64,000 nt of DNA, taken from contig NC_045138.2 of NCBI RefSeq assembly GCF_008831285.2, positions 32,488,001-32,552,000 on the forward strand, written 5' to 3'. Position 1 is the first letter of the stretch, and every line of letters begins with the position of its first letter. Below, one piece after another: positions 36,701 to 49,490 of the stretch. The notes below the pieces were generated by a model. It had not been told where the DNA came from. It searched no databases and worked only from the letters and a program-made list of their open reading frames with translations. Position numbers and translations under genes: made by a program. The DNA is from Nymphaea colorata. Its lineage: Eukaryota.

Positions 36701-39700
36701 ATTGGTCGAAATCTCAAATGCAACATCCCAAACCGGATTGGATGAGACCTCTAATCCGTATCATATATATAAGTTTAAAATCCAACGTCCTAGACCATTT
36801 AAAATCAGACTTCTATTTTAATTCTTAGGATGGAATCCCAAATTCCATTTGATAAGGTGAGATCTATGTTCTAGCTGGTTGTTCAAAATCTTGAGTCCAA
36901 CTTTCCAGACCGGATCATGTGAGACCTCTGATCTTGATCATTTTTTCGAAATCCCAAATCCAACATCCCAAACCGGATTGGATGAGACCTCTAATCCGTA
37001 TCATATATATTTCCAAAATCTTGAGTCCAACATCCCAGACCGGATCAGGTGAGACCTCTGATCTTGACCATTTTTCGAAATCTCAAATCCAACATCCCAA
37101 ACCGGATTGGATGAGACCTCTAATCCGTATCATATATATATTGAAAATCTTGAATCCAACATCCCAGACCAGATCAGGTGAGACCTCTGATCTTGACCAT
37201 TGGTCGAAATCCCAAATGCAACATCCCAAACCGGATTGGATGAGACCTCTAATCCGTATCATATATATTAGTTTAAAATCCAACGTCCTAGACCATTTAA
37301 AATCAGACTTCTATTTTAATTCTTAGGATTTAATCCCAAATTCCATTTGATAAGGTGAGATCTATGTTCTAGCTGGTTGTTCAAAATCTTGAGTCCAACA
37401 TCCCAGACCGGATCCGGTGAGACCTCTGATCTTGACCATTTTTTTGAAATCCCAAATCTAACATCCCAAACAGGATTGGATGAGACCTCTAATCCGTATC
37501 ATATATATAACCAAAATCTTGAGTCCGACATCCCAGACCGGATCAGGTGAGACCTCTGATCTTGACCATTTTTTCGAAATTCCTAATCCAACATGCTTGA
37601 CCATTTTTTCGAAATCCCAAATCCAACATCCCAAACCGGATTGGATGAGACCTCTAATCCGTATCATATATATATCCAAAATCTTTAGTGCAACATCCCA
37701 GACCGGATTGGATGAGACCTCTAATCCATATCATATATATATCCAAAATCTTGAGTCCAACATCCCAGACCGGATCTAGTGAGACCTCTGATCTTGACCA
37801 TTTTTTTGAAATCCCAAATCCAACATCCCAAACAGGATTGAATGAGACCTCTAATCCGTATCATATATATGTTAAAAATCTTGAATCCAACATCCCAGAC
37901 CAGATCAGGTGAGACCTCTGATCTTGACCATTGGTCGAAATCCCAAATGCAACGTCCCAAACCGGAATGGATGAGACCTCTAATCCGTATCATATACATC
38001 AGTTTAAGATCCAACGTCCTAGACCATTTAAAATCAGACTTCTATTTTAATTCTTAGGATGGAATCCCAAATTCCATTTGATAAGGTGAGATCTATGTTC
38101 TAGCTTGCTGTTCAAAATCTTGAGTCCAGCATCCCATACCGTATCAGGTGAGACCTCTGATCTTGACCATTTTTTCGAAATCCCAAATCCAACATCCCAA
38201 ACCGGATTGAATGGGACCTCTAATTCGTATCATATATATATCCAAAATCTTGAGTCCAACATCCCAGACCGGATCAGGTGAGACCTCTTATCTTGACCAT
38301 TTTTTCGAAATCCCAAATCCAACATCCCAAACCGGATTGGATGAGACCTCTAATCCGTATCATATATATATCCAAAATCTTGAGTCCAACATCCCAGACC
38401 GGATCAGGTGAGACCTCTGATCTTGACCATTTTTTCGAAATCCCAAATCCAACCTCCCAAACCGGATTGGTTGAGACCTGTAATCCGGATCATATATATA
38501 TTGAAAGTCTTGAATCCAACATCGTAGACCAGATCAGGTGAGATCTCTGATCTTGACCATTGGTCGAAATCCCAAATGCAACATCCCAAACCGGATTGGA
38601 TGAGACCTCTAATCCGTATCATATATATAAGTTTAAAATCCAACGTCCTAGACCATTAAAAATCAGACTTCTATTTTAAATCTTAGGATGGAATCCCAAA
38701 TTCCATTTGATAAGGTGAGATCTATGTTCTAGCTGGTTGTTCAAAATCTTGTATCATATATATATATCCAAAATCTTGTGTCCAACATCCCAGACCGGAT
38801 AAGGTGAGACCTCTGATCTTGACCATTTTTTCAAAATCCCAAATCCAACATCTCAAACCGGATTGGATGAGACCTCCAATCCGTATCATATATATATTGA
38901 ATATCTTGCATCCAACATCCTAGACCAGATCAGGTGAGACCTCTGATCTTGACCATTGGTCGAAATCCCAAATGCATCATCCCAAACCGGATTGGATGAG
39001 ACCTCTAAAACGTAGCATATATATAAGTTTAAATTCCAATGTCCTGGACCATTTAAAATCAGACTTCTATTTTAAATCTTAGGATGGAATCCCAAATTCC
39101 ATTTGATAAGGTGAGATCTATGTTCTAGCTGGTTGTTCAAAATCTTGTGTCCAACATCCCAGACCGGATCTGGTGAGACCTCTGATCTTGACCATTTTTT
39201 CGAAATATCAAATCCAACATCCCAAACCGGATTGGATGAGACCTATAATTCGTATCATATATATATCCAAAATCTTGAGTCCAACATCCCAGACCGGATC
39301 AGGTGAGACCTCTGATCTTGACCAATTTTTTGAAATCCCAAATCCAACATCCCAAACCGGATTGGATGAGACCTCTAATCCGTATCATATATATATCCAA
39401 AATCTTGAGTCCAACATCCCAGACCGGATCAGGTGAGACCTCTGATCTTGACTAATTTTTCGAAATCCCAAATCCAACATCCCAAACCGGATTGGAGTGC
39501 ACTTTTCAACATTGAATTTTCTATATTACACTGGATTGCATGAACTTTTAAAATAGTTTTAAGCATGGTCTAAAGTAGAGGTTCACATTTTAAAATTCAA
39601 AATCCAACTTTTGTGATTGTATAAGATTAGACCTCTAATCTAGACCTTTGGTCTGAATCCCGCAATGCAAGCATCTTAGACCAGATCAGCGTTGACCTTA

Positions 39701-42700
39701 TATCCAAAATCTTGAGTCCAACATCCCAGACCAGATCATTTGAGACCTCTGATCTTGACCATTTTTTCGAAATCCCAAATCCAACATCCCAAACCGGATT
39801 GGATGAGACCTCTAATCCGTATCATATATATATTGAAAATCTTGAATCGAACATCCCAGACCAGATCAGGTGAGACCTCTGATCTTGACCATTGGTCGAA
39901 ATCCCAAATGCATCATCCCAAACCGGATTGGATGAGACCTCTAAAACGTAGCATATATATAAGTTTAAAATCCAACGTCCTAGACCATTTAAAATCAGAC
40001 TTCTATTTTAAATCTTAGGATGGAATCCCAAATTCCATTTGATAAGGTGAGATCTATGTTCTAGCTGGTTGTTCAAAATCTTGAGTCCAACATCCCAGAC
40101 CGGATCAGGTGAGACCTTTGATTTTGACCATTTTTTCGAAATCCCAAATCCAACATCCCAAACCGGATTGGATGAGACCTCTAATCCATATCATATATAT
40201 ATCCAAAATCTTGAGTCCAACATCCCAGACCGGATCAGGTGAGACCTCTGATCTTGACTAATTTTTCGAAATCCCATATCTAACATCCCAAACTGGATTG
40301 GATGAGACCTCTAATCCGTATCATATATATATTGAAAATCTTGAATCCAACATCCCAGACCAGATCAGGTGAGACCTCTGATCTTGACCATTGGTCGAAA
40401 TCCCAAATGCAACATCCCAAACCGGATTGGATGAGATCTCTAATCCGTATCATATATATAAGTTTAAAATCCAACGTCGTAGACCATTTAAAATCGGACT
40501 TCTATTTTAAATCTTAGGATGAAATCCCAAATTCCATTTGGCAAGCCGGACTAGATCGGACCTCTCATCTATCTCTTATATTAAAATTTCAAATCCCGTT
40601 TCATATATTTGATCACATGAAACAAATGGGTGGCTTTTTGATTTCCTGTAAATTCTTTTCACATCCCTTAGGAGTTTTTGAAATCATTTGAAGAATATTA
40701 CTTTGTCTATATAGATCTTCGAATCTTCTCAATTCCTTGTATTTGATTTAAAATATTAACTAAATGCTTGTCAAATTCTCAAAGTTTTTCAATGCACTTT
40801 TCCATTTTGATGTTTGTTGGTTATAGTGGATTGAATGAATTTTTAAAATGATTTTAGCGTGGTGTAAAGTAGAGGTTCGAGTTTTAAAGTTCAAAATCCA
40901 ATCCAGCATTTGAGACTGTAGAAAACTAGACCTCCAATCAGAAGCTTTGGTCTAAATCCTGCATGCAACATCCTAGACCGGATCAGTGCTGACCTCTGAT
41001 TCAAACATTAGCTCCGAATCCCTAATTCAACACCTCATACCAGATCAGGTTAGACCTCTGATCTATTTCTTAGATGCAAACCCTAAATCAAACGTCATTG
41101 AACTGATACAAAAGGTTTATGAATCTTTGAAATCATTTCCTGTTTTATAAATCTTTGAAACCACTCTCTAAGTTTTCCAAAATTTTGTAAATTGACTTCA
41201 AATTCTTATTATTAATTTTCTTGGAATTTTCTCAATTTCACCAGAGATCTTCAATTTTTTTGGATTTGATTTCGCACTTCTCTTAAATCATTGCTAAATT
41301 CTCAAGTTTGTAAATGCACCTTTCAACTTTTAGGTTTCTAAATTCCATGGGATTGTATGTATACTCAAAGCGATTTTAAACGTGGTCTAGACTTGGGTTA
41401 ATATTTTAAAATTCACATTCACATTCAAAATATACATTCGACATCCTAGTCCGGATAAGGTGAGATCTATGTTCTAGCTGGTTGTTCAAAATCTTGAGTC
41501 CAACATCCCATACCGGATCAGGTGAGACCTCTGATCTTGACCATTTTTTCGAAATCCCAAATCCAACATCCCAAACTGGATTGGATGAGACCTCTAATCC
41601 GTATCATATATATATTCAAAATCTTGAATCCAACATCCCAGACCAGATCAGGTGAGACCTCTGATCTTGACCATTGGTCGAAATCCCAAATGCAACATCC
41701 CAAACCGGATTGGATGAGACCTTTAATCCGTATCATATATATAAGTTTAAAATCCAACGTCCTAGACCATTTAAAATCAGACTTCTATTTTAAATATTAG
41801 GATGGAATCCCAAATTCCATTTGGCAAGCCGGACTAGATCGGACCTCTCATCTATCTCTTATATCAAAATTTCATATCCCGTCTCATATATTTGATCACA
41901 TGAAACAGATGGGTGGCTTTTTGATTTCCTGTAAATTCTTTTCACATCTCTTAGGAGTTTTTGAAATCACTTGAAGAATATTACTTTGTCTATATAGATC
42001 TTCGAATCTTCTCAATTCCTTGTATTTGATTTAAAATATTTCCTAAATGCTTGTCAAATTCTCAAAGTTTTTCAATGCACTTTTTCATTTTGATGTTTGT
42101 TGGTTATAGTGGATTGAATGAATTTTTAAAATGATTTTTAGCGTGGTGTAAAGTAGAGGTTCGAGTTTTAAAGTTCAAAATCCAATCCAGCATTTGGACT
42201 TGATTTCACACTTCTCTTAAATCATTGCTAAATTCTCAAGTTTGTAAATGCACCTTTCAACTTTTAGGTTTCTAAATTCCATTGGATTGTATGTATACTC
42301 AAAGCGATTTTAAACATGGTCTAGACTTGGGTTAATATTTTAAAATTCACATCCACATTCAAAATATGCATTCGACATCCTAGACCGCATAAGGTGAGAT
42401 CTGTGTTCTAGCTGGTTGTTCAAAATCTTGAGTCCAATATCCCAGACCAGATCAGGTGAGACCTATGATCTTGACCATTTTTTCGAAATCCCAAATCCAA
42501 CATCCCAAACCGGATTGGATGAGACCTCTAATCCGTATCATATATATATTCAAAATCTTGAATCCAACATCCCAAACCAGATTAGGTGAGACCTCTGATC
42601 TTGACCATTGGTCGAAATCCCAAATCCAACATCCCAAAGGGGATTGGATGAGACCTCTAATCCATATCATATATATAAGTTTAAAATCCAACGTCCTAGA

Positions 42701-43009
42701 CCATTTAAAATCAGACTTCTATTCTATAGGTTCCAAAGTTGGATCATCTAATAGCTTAGGCGTATATGCAGTGTGTAATGCAGATTTTTTTTCCATTTTG
42801 CGGTTTATTTTATCTACTTTTTGAGTGTTATATAGACTTTCTAACTTTTTCAAATCATTGCGCAGAAAACATAAATTTCTCTTTCTAATAACAAGTTAGT
42901 GCTTTGCTTTGCATATGAATCAATTTTGTGCCCATGGTTGAATTCTCGTGCATGCGCACTTCCTCTCCAGTAGATTTCATGCATACATAATTTTGGGTTC
43001 AAAGCACTT

Positions 43010-43179
43010 TGGTAGCTTCTCTCGCTTTCCTTCTACTATCTCGACTCTGCCCAGCTGCGTTCGAGAATAGAAAGGGGAAATGAAGAAGAAAGAGTGATTA
43101 CCCACCAAATTAGGACAAACCCCAACACCAACAAGGGGATTACTTTCGTTACCTTTTTCATAAAAGTCGGATCACCCTA

Positions 43180-43217
<38 letters not shown>

Positions 43218-43328
43218 GAAGGGTGATACAAGTGGGACCTCATAGTAAGTGGATCCAGGTCCCCTACTCTTAGTCATACTATATTATCGTCATTTACATT
43301 TCAAGACTTCATATCAGGGGGACTATCA
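43010..43328 (-). mobile_element. 3' LTR (319 bp) of a Ty3/Gypsy chromovirus
   Basis: Minus strand TGATAG...CTACCA (TG..CA, 5/6 inverted match), preceded by the purine tract GAGGGAAGGG. Contains a (TA)n(TG)n tract. Confidence 0.7.
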
Positions 43329-43470
43329 ATCACCCTTCCCTCAAACCTTAACGTGTCCTCAAGGTGTTAACTCTGGAAGGCATTGGTGCACTTGTTGAGT
43401 GTTTTCCCAACTGGGATAGTGTGCGTCATCTCCTTGCCGCTCCACTATCTCTTGGACTACAGACTTGCTC
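43329..43470 (-). pseudogene. Gypsy chromodomain C-terminal remnant plus polypurine tract
   Basis: Degenerate ...RQGDDAHYPSWENTQQVHQCLPE followed by CTTGAGGACACG...TTTGAGGGAAGGG. Resembles the ATWE...FP..LEDK..FEG.G end of Reina-type chromoviruses. Confidence 0.6.
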
Positions 43471-45597
43471 TTTGGACTAAACACCCTAAATGGAAATAGA
43501 GAACGTCTTCTGAGACATTCTTTCTGCCCTTTCAGGAACACCCTTGGTTTAATAGTGACAAAAATGGAGACACTTTTCTTTTCTTATAAGCGAGAATGGT
43601 ATTTGCTTTGTGGCTTTGGGTTAAACATATTTCACACTTAACACAAAAACACAAGCACGTACAGACAGACACACATACGAGCAAATATGAGAATTAAGTA
43701 AATTGATTTAATGCTTCTAATTGTTTTGATTGATTGCTCACAAGGTGTTACATGCAAAGTTATTTTTCCAAAGTCAAATTATATACTGTCGTTCATCTTT
43801 TCGAAAAGATTACTTTACACATGGTACTCTTATGTAAAAGGATTAGACGGCTCACATTAATCTGCATAGTTCTCATGTTTGTTGGCTCTAGATATTCTGT
43901 AAAGCTTATATATATTATAAAAATGTTTAGAAAATGTTTCTCATCAATATAAGATACAATTGCTCATTTTTTTCGTTCTTTGATTAGATTTTGCATTATT
44001 GAATAAGGTGCACCTTTCATCTCTTCAAGCCCTAAAGAAAAAGAGAGTCAAGAAGCGAGTTTTATGCGTGTCTTGAATATCAACCAAATTTTATTGATTG
44101 ATGCTGAACCACAGCTCAATCAACTATAAGGAACGAGAACTCGGTCGGATTCAGTTGCATTTGTTTTCAACTTTTTCAATTCATGAACCTCTGTTTACAA
44201 TAACATGGTTTTTCTTTTATATATATACTAAATTGTTGGTTTAACGTTTAACTTTTTAATTAAGATATCTCTTGTTTTTGCAACTCTGAAATCATATATC
44301 AAGGTAAACTACGCATTCTATTTGTCCATTTGATGGATGATGCTTTGATTTTTTTGTCATGTGACGTTTCCTGTACCATAGTTGCTTCTAGATCCATGTG
44401 TAGCTCTGTAAGAGAAAAAAAAAACGTGGGTCCGTATCTGATCATGCAAGCTCTCTGATCATTCGCAGTTTATGTGTTATTTATAACATTGAGGAAAGAT
44501 GAAGTTGGAAGGACGCGTGAGAATTTACCATTGATCTTGTTTCATAATTCCTTTACATTAACTCGTGGATAATGTTACTCTTGGTAAGATTCTGGCTTTG
44601 ATTTTGAAAAAAGATTGTTGTTAGTCCATAAGTTGACGATGCTCGCTGAATAGGCCATCATAATCCAATTGATACAGCTAGTTGTGTTGGGCCATAATAT
44701 GTCTTAAAACCATCCAGTTATGTTGGTGGTTCTATTTCAATTGAGACATTCTAAAATCAACCGTATTGCAAGTTCCATTCTTTGATTGTGGTTGCTATTG
44801 ATGTGTTTTGCTTATCAATGATGGGTTTTGGCCCTGAGTGAGTCTTAGAGATATGTACAAAAGGGACTGAAAATCTGGATGGTTAAGTCTGCTGGAGACT
44901 CACTTAGTCCTTATAAGGCTTCCTAGCAGAACTTCGTTCATGAGGATTGTGCCTACATGGTAACTTAAACCAGAAGGGAAGAGGGAATGATCTGAACTAG
45001 TGTGGTTGGGAGCAAGGCCTTGTATTCTTTAGTCTGTTCTTAGTTCACATTTTAAGCTCTAGGTTAAAACTGTTCAAATATTAGACATACTCATGTTGGT
45101 CTCTGTGAAATCTATGTGGTTCATTTTCACTCTATGTTTGGTTTGAGATCCATAATCTATCTGTCGCAGGGAAAGGTGAACGGTGGTTGTTGTTGGATTG
45201 ATCGTGCGCGCTTTTGCTGTGAGGGACATCTCAGGAACCTCAAAAGCATTGCTGAATGATCAGGTTCAATACCACAGTCATCCAAGATTTCAAGCATCAA
45301 ACTGAGGTCAATTCCTCAAAACATTTTCTGTGCAATCATATTACGAGAAACACCCGCAGAAAATCCCATGTTCGACATGAATTCCTCCAAGCGCTTTGCA
45401 TTTGTCAGGTAGAGGTAACTGATCAAGATTCTACAAACTTAAATAATCGTAATTTCAATGCTAAAGGAAATTGTACAACTGAAATAGGAAATAACGTGGA
45501 CTGCAGCTATCGACCAATGAAGGCAATTAGAATGACAAAAGGGAGTCAAGATGGCAAGTGCCTTCAGTGCAGAAATCAAAATGTGAAGTCGATTCAT

Positions 45598-45701
45598 CAT
45601 AAACAAACGGTTTATTAAACATAAACAAACAGTTTATTAAACATAAACAAACAGTTTATTAAACATAAACAAACGGTTTATTAAACATAAACAAACGGTT
45701 T
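45598..45701 (+). repeat. 22 bp minisatellite, ~4.7 copies
   Basis: CATAAACAAAC(G/A)GTTTATTAAA starts at 45598, 45620, 45642, 45664 and 45686. Confidence 0.92.
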
Positions 45702-45702
45702 C

Positions 45703-45879
45703 CAAAATTCTCTCTGCTCTTCTTTTATCTTCAACACAGCAGCCTATAATAAGCTGTACCAGGTTTTTATGTTGAAGCTTTGCTATTAACCTCACTTCAT
45801 TCATGAACTCCATAGTGCCTCGTTTCGACCCCATGGACAGCCTCTTGACAGCTACATCCGACGCTCCTTCCAGCATACC
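45703..45879 (-). pseudogene. Receptor-like kinase fragment 3 (single exon, paralogue of fragment 1)
   Basis: [51 protein letters not shown], truncated at the minisatellite. Confidence 0.88.
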
Positions 45880-46139
45880 CTTTCAATCACAAAATGCGAA
45901 CTTATTATCTGTTTTTCTTTTTCATCTATGACTGGAAATCCAACAAGCAGATTGTCCACTAGAAGCACTTGAATTCTTATAAGCCTCAAATAGCCTGTGT
46001 GAGACAATGTCATCAGGCCTTTGAGAAGTCCACTATTTATCACCCTTTATGCCATTTCAGTAGTGGATTAACCAGATTTCTGCAAATTTTTAACATTTGA
46101 TTCTACTAATATAACCAAAAGGATCAAACGTAAAAGTGA

Positions 46140-48001
46140 TTTTGGTTTTTCTGCGCCGTGGAATAACTAATGCGTTACATGTATTTCTGATTTTTTGTTT
46201 TCTTTCTGCGGAATCCATGGTTTGCGCATAGCTCTTTGGTTGAAGACTGATTCTTCAGTTTGATGTTTCGTTTCCATTAGAAGTGGTGAATATAGTATTA
46301 CACAATAACTTAATAATAGTTAGTATTTCATACTTTATAAACGTGAGATTCAATGTTTGGTGAATAAATGTTATGCTGTTCTGCATAGATATTCATCTAA
46401 AGCCTTATTTTCAGTTGTCTTTGTTTTACTTTTATGATTTTATCATTTATGAATTATGATTTTTTTTTAAGATGAAAGGTTTATGATGTTTTGTCTATTT
46501 GCATTGGATTTTTCAGTCAAATTTGTGTTGGAATTTTTTTGTTTATTGTGCCTTGGCTTTTTTGTTGGTTGTCTTAGTTTTTTATTTAGCTATGCATTCT
46601 CTCCGGTCAGAAACTCTGTCCGTTAGAAACTGAGCTGTGCATTTTGTCAGTTAGAAATTCTTTGGTTTTGTTTTTGGATTTCCGGTGCCGTGAAATAGTT
46701 AATGCGATACGATACGTGTATTTCTATTTTTTTTTTTTAATTTCTGTGGAATCCGTGTTTTGTGCATAGCTCTTCGGCTGAAGACTGATATTTTAGTTCA
46801 ATGTTTCGTTTCTATAGAAGGGGTTAATATAGTATTACACTATAATTTAATAATAGTTAGTATTTCATACTTTATAGACGTGATGTTCAATGTTTGGTGC
46901 ATAAATATTATGCTGTTGTGCATAGCTATTCAGCTAAGGCCTTATTTTCAGTTGTCTTTGTTTTGCTTTTATGATTTTATCATTTATGAATTATCATTTT
47001 TTTTAAGATGAAAGATTTATTATGTTACGTCTATTTGGATTATATTTTTCCGTCTATTTGCATTGGATTTTTCAGCCTATTTGTGTTGGATTTTTTAATT
47101 TATTGTGCCTTGGCTTTTTGTAGGTTGTTTTGTTTTTTTTTTCTAAGCTATGCATTTTGTCGCGTCAGGGACTCAGGAACCCTGTCCGTTGGAAATGAAT
47201 TCTGTCAGTTAGAAACTCTTTCGTTTTGTTTTTGTATTTTCTATGCCTTGGAATAGTTAATGCCTTACGTGTCGTTCTGATTTTTCTTTTTTTTGTGGAA
47301 TCTATGTTTTGTACATAGCTATTCGGCTGGAGACTGATTTTTTAGTTCGATGTTTCGTTTCTATAGAAGGGGTTAATATAGTATAACTTGATAACATAAT
47401 AATAGTTAATATTTCATACTTTATAGACGTGAGATTCAATGTTTGATGAATAAATATTATGCTGTCGTGCATAGCTATTCAGATAAGGTCTTCTCTTCAG
47501 TTGTCTTTGTTTTGCTTTTATGATTTATGAATTATCATTTTTTTTAAGATGAAAGATTTATGATGTTACGTCTATTGGGATTATATTTTTCAGTCTATTA
47601 CATTGGAGTTTTCAGCCTATTTGTGTTGGATTTTTTAATTTATTGTGCCTTGGCTTTTTGTTGGTTGTTTTGTTTCTGTCCCATCAGAAACCCTGTCCGT
47701 TAGAAACTGAGCTATGCATTCTGTCGGTTAGAAACTCTTCCGTTTTTATTTTTAGATTTTCTGTGCCTTGTAATAGTTAATGCGTTATGTATATTTTTTA
47801 TATTTTTTTAATGTCTGTGGAATCCATGTTTTGTACATATCTCTTCGGCTGAAGACAGATTTTTTAGTGCCATGTTTTGTTTCTATAGAAGTGGTTAATA
47901 GTATAACATGATAACTTAATAATAGTTAGTATTTCATACTTTATAGACGTGAGATTCAATGTTTGAAGAATAAATATTCTGCTGTTGTGCATAGCTATTC
48001 A
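46140..48001 (+). repeat. ~540 bp tandem repeat array, second locus (about 3.5 units)
   Basis: CAGTTGTCTTTGTTTT at ~46412, 46949 and 47498; same unit as 13960-16040. Confidence 0.9.
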
Positions 48002-49490
48002 TTCCGTGGTAGCAACTGAGCGGATAGTCATGTATCGGGAAAGATTTGCCGGAATGTACTCTGCACGTGCCTATTCACTGGCACAGGTTGGAAAAAATTA
48101 CTACTCTAGTTTAAAATCTTATTGTTATGCCCATATATGTCACCTCTTCCAAGAATCATATGTTTTTCAGTTTAAGAATCACTTGTATTCCTGGTGGTGG
48201 GTTGGGGTACAGATGTAAATACAGTAGATGTAGCTATTGCCTCATCCAACTAGTCAGGAACAGGCTGTCAGTCATAGATAAAGGATTCAATGTACATAAT
48301 TTTATCAAATCCAATTGCTCGAAAGGATTCAATGTACATAATTTTATCAGATCCAATTGCTTGATATAATTGATTTTGGAGATCCACTGGATTTGATAAA
48401 ATGGTTGTACAAATGGTAGCGATTGATCACTTTTTCCATATAATGAATTTCTTGAGTATGAAAATTCGAAGTTGGGTTCAAGTTGGACATCAGATAACAT
48501 CTAACGATTTATCCATAGTGGTGGAAATAGATGCAGGAAAATACCAAGAAAAAAAATTATTTCAACTGAATTTCTATTTCATCTGTATGAATGCAGGTCG
48601 CCATCGAAATTACTTGTGCATTGATCCAAGCTGTTACATTTTGGATTATCACATACCCTTCAGTTGGTTATTACTGGTCTGCTTATAAGATCTTATGGTA
48701 CATCTTTTTGCTATTTTCTATGCTCATCTTGGGATGCTGGTGGTCTCATTAACTCCAAACGCTCAAATTGCTGCTATCCTGCAATCTGTTATGTACTCTA
48801 GGAAGTAGTCATTCAGAGTTGCATCGTATTCAATGCATCCAACATCTACTCAGAGTACCCAACCTAGTGATAATCAAAGGACATGCTTTCACTAAACTCA
48901 TTTTAGGTGGCAGATCACTCTTGATCCAAGGAATGAGCTAAAAGACATTTCTAACCCATGCATGATGGGTGAAGCAATTAAGATGTGGTAGGGTAAAAAA
49001 GGCTGCTCCTTGATGCTTGTAGAAGATCATCTGAAACCTCATCACATCAGGCAAACAATCGCATACTGAGAATAGCCTCACATCAGGCAAACCCTTCATG
49101 ACTAATGTTTATCTGACTAATTACACAAGTAACTAATTAACCTCGGATGTGACCTTTAAGAAAGAAAATAGTTATGGGATTGTGCTAATATTCACTAATG
49201 AGTTTAACTCTTTTCTGATACAGCAAATTCCAAAGTGGTGGATATGGCTATACTGGATCACCCCTTCAAATTGGACTATCCGTGGACTTTTTACATCACA
49301 GTATGGTGACATAGACAAGGTGATTGACGTATTTGGAGAAAAGAAGGCAGTTAGTTTGTTTCTGAAAGATTATTTTGGCTTTCGGCATGATCAGTTGGGC
49401 GTTGTGGCAGTTGTTCTCATCGCATACGCTGTTGCCTTCGCTTCTTTGTTTGCTTATTGTATATCTAAGCTTAATTTTCAGAGAAGATGA
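48002..49490 (+). pseudogene. ABCG: 3' fragment of a full-size ABCG/PDR transporter (last three exons, TMD2)
   Basis: Exon to 48086 reads VVATERIVMYRERFAGMYSARAYSLAQ|GT. Exon from 48597 reads VAIEI...VGYYWSAYKILWY..(frameshift)LGMLVVSLTPNAQIAAILQS, truncated at ~48799. Exon 49224-49490 reads [29 protein letters not shown]...KLNFQRR*. The 5' bulk of the gene is missing. Confidence 0.92.

Larger units (their letters stand above)
24565..42723 (+). repeat. ~18 kb hierarchical satellite: 63/67 bp monomers, 130 bp dimers, cassettes separated by AT-rich spacers
   Basis: GAGACC anchors at 24935, 24998 and 25065 give 63 and 67 bp steps. Core TCCAACATCCCA.ACCGGAT..G.TGAGACCTCT.ATC is repeated throughout. 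The array ends abruptly at TCAGACTTCTATT (42723). Confidence 0.97.
44060..46140 (+). repeat. Older duplicated block X, copy 2
   Basis: Colinear with 7870-9420 and 10650-11078; lacks the intervening ~1.2 kb. Confidence 0.88.

Noticed and set aside
24900..42723. CRISPR-like array (regular palindromic repeats)
   Set aside because: Sequences between the palindromes are themselves repeated rather than unique spacers; no cas genes; plant nuclear context.
24929..42824. Dozens of ORFs of the MRPLILTIFSKSQIQHPKPDW type
   Set aside because: Translations of the 130 bp unit. Frames shift with TA-tract length, most start at GTG/TTG, and there is no domain signal.
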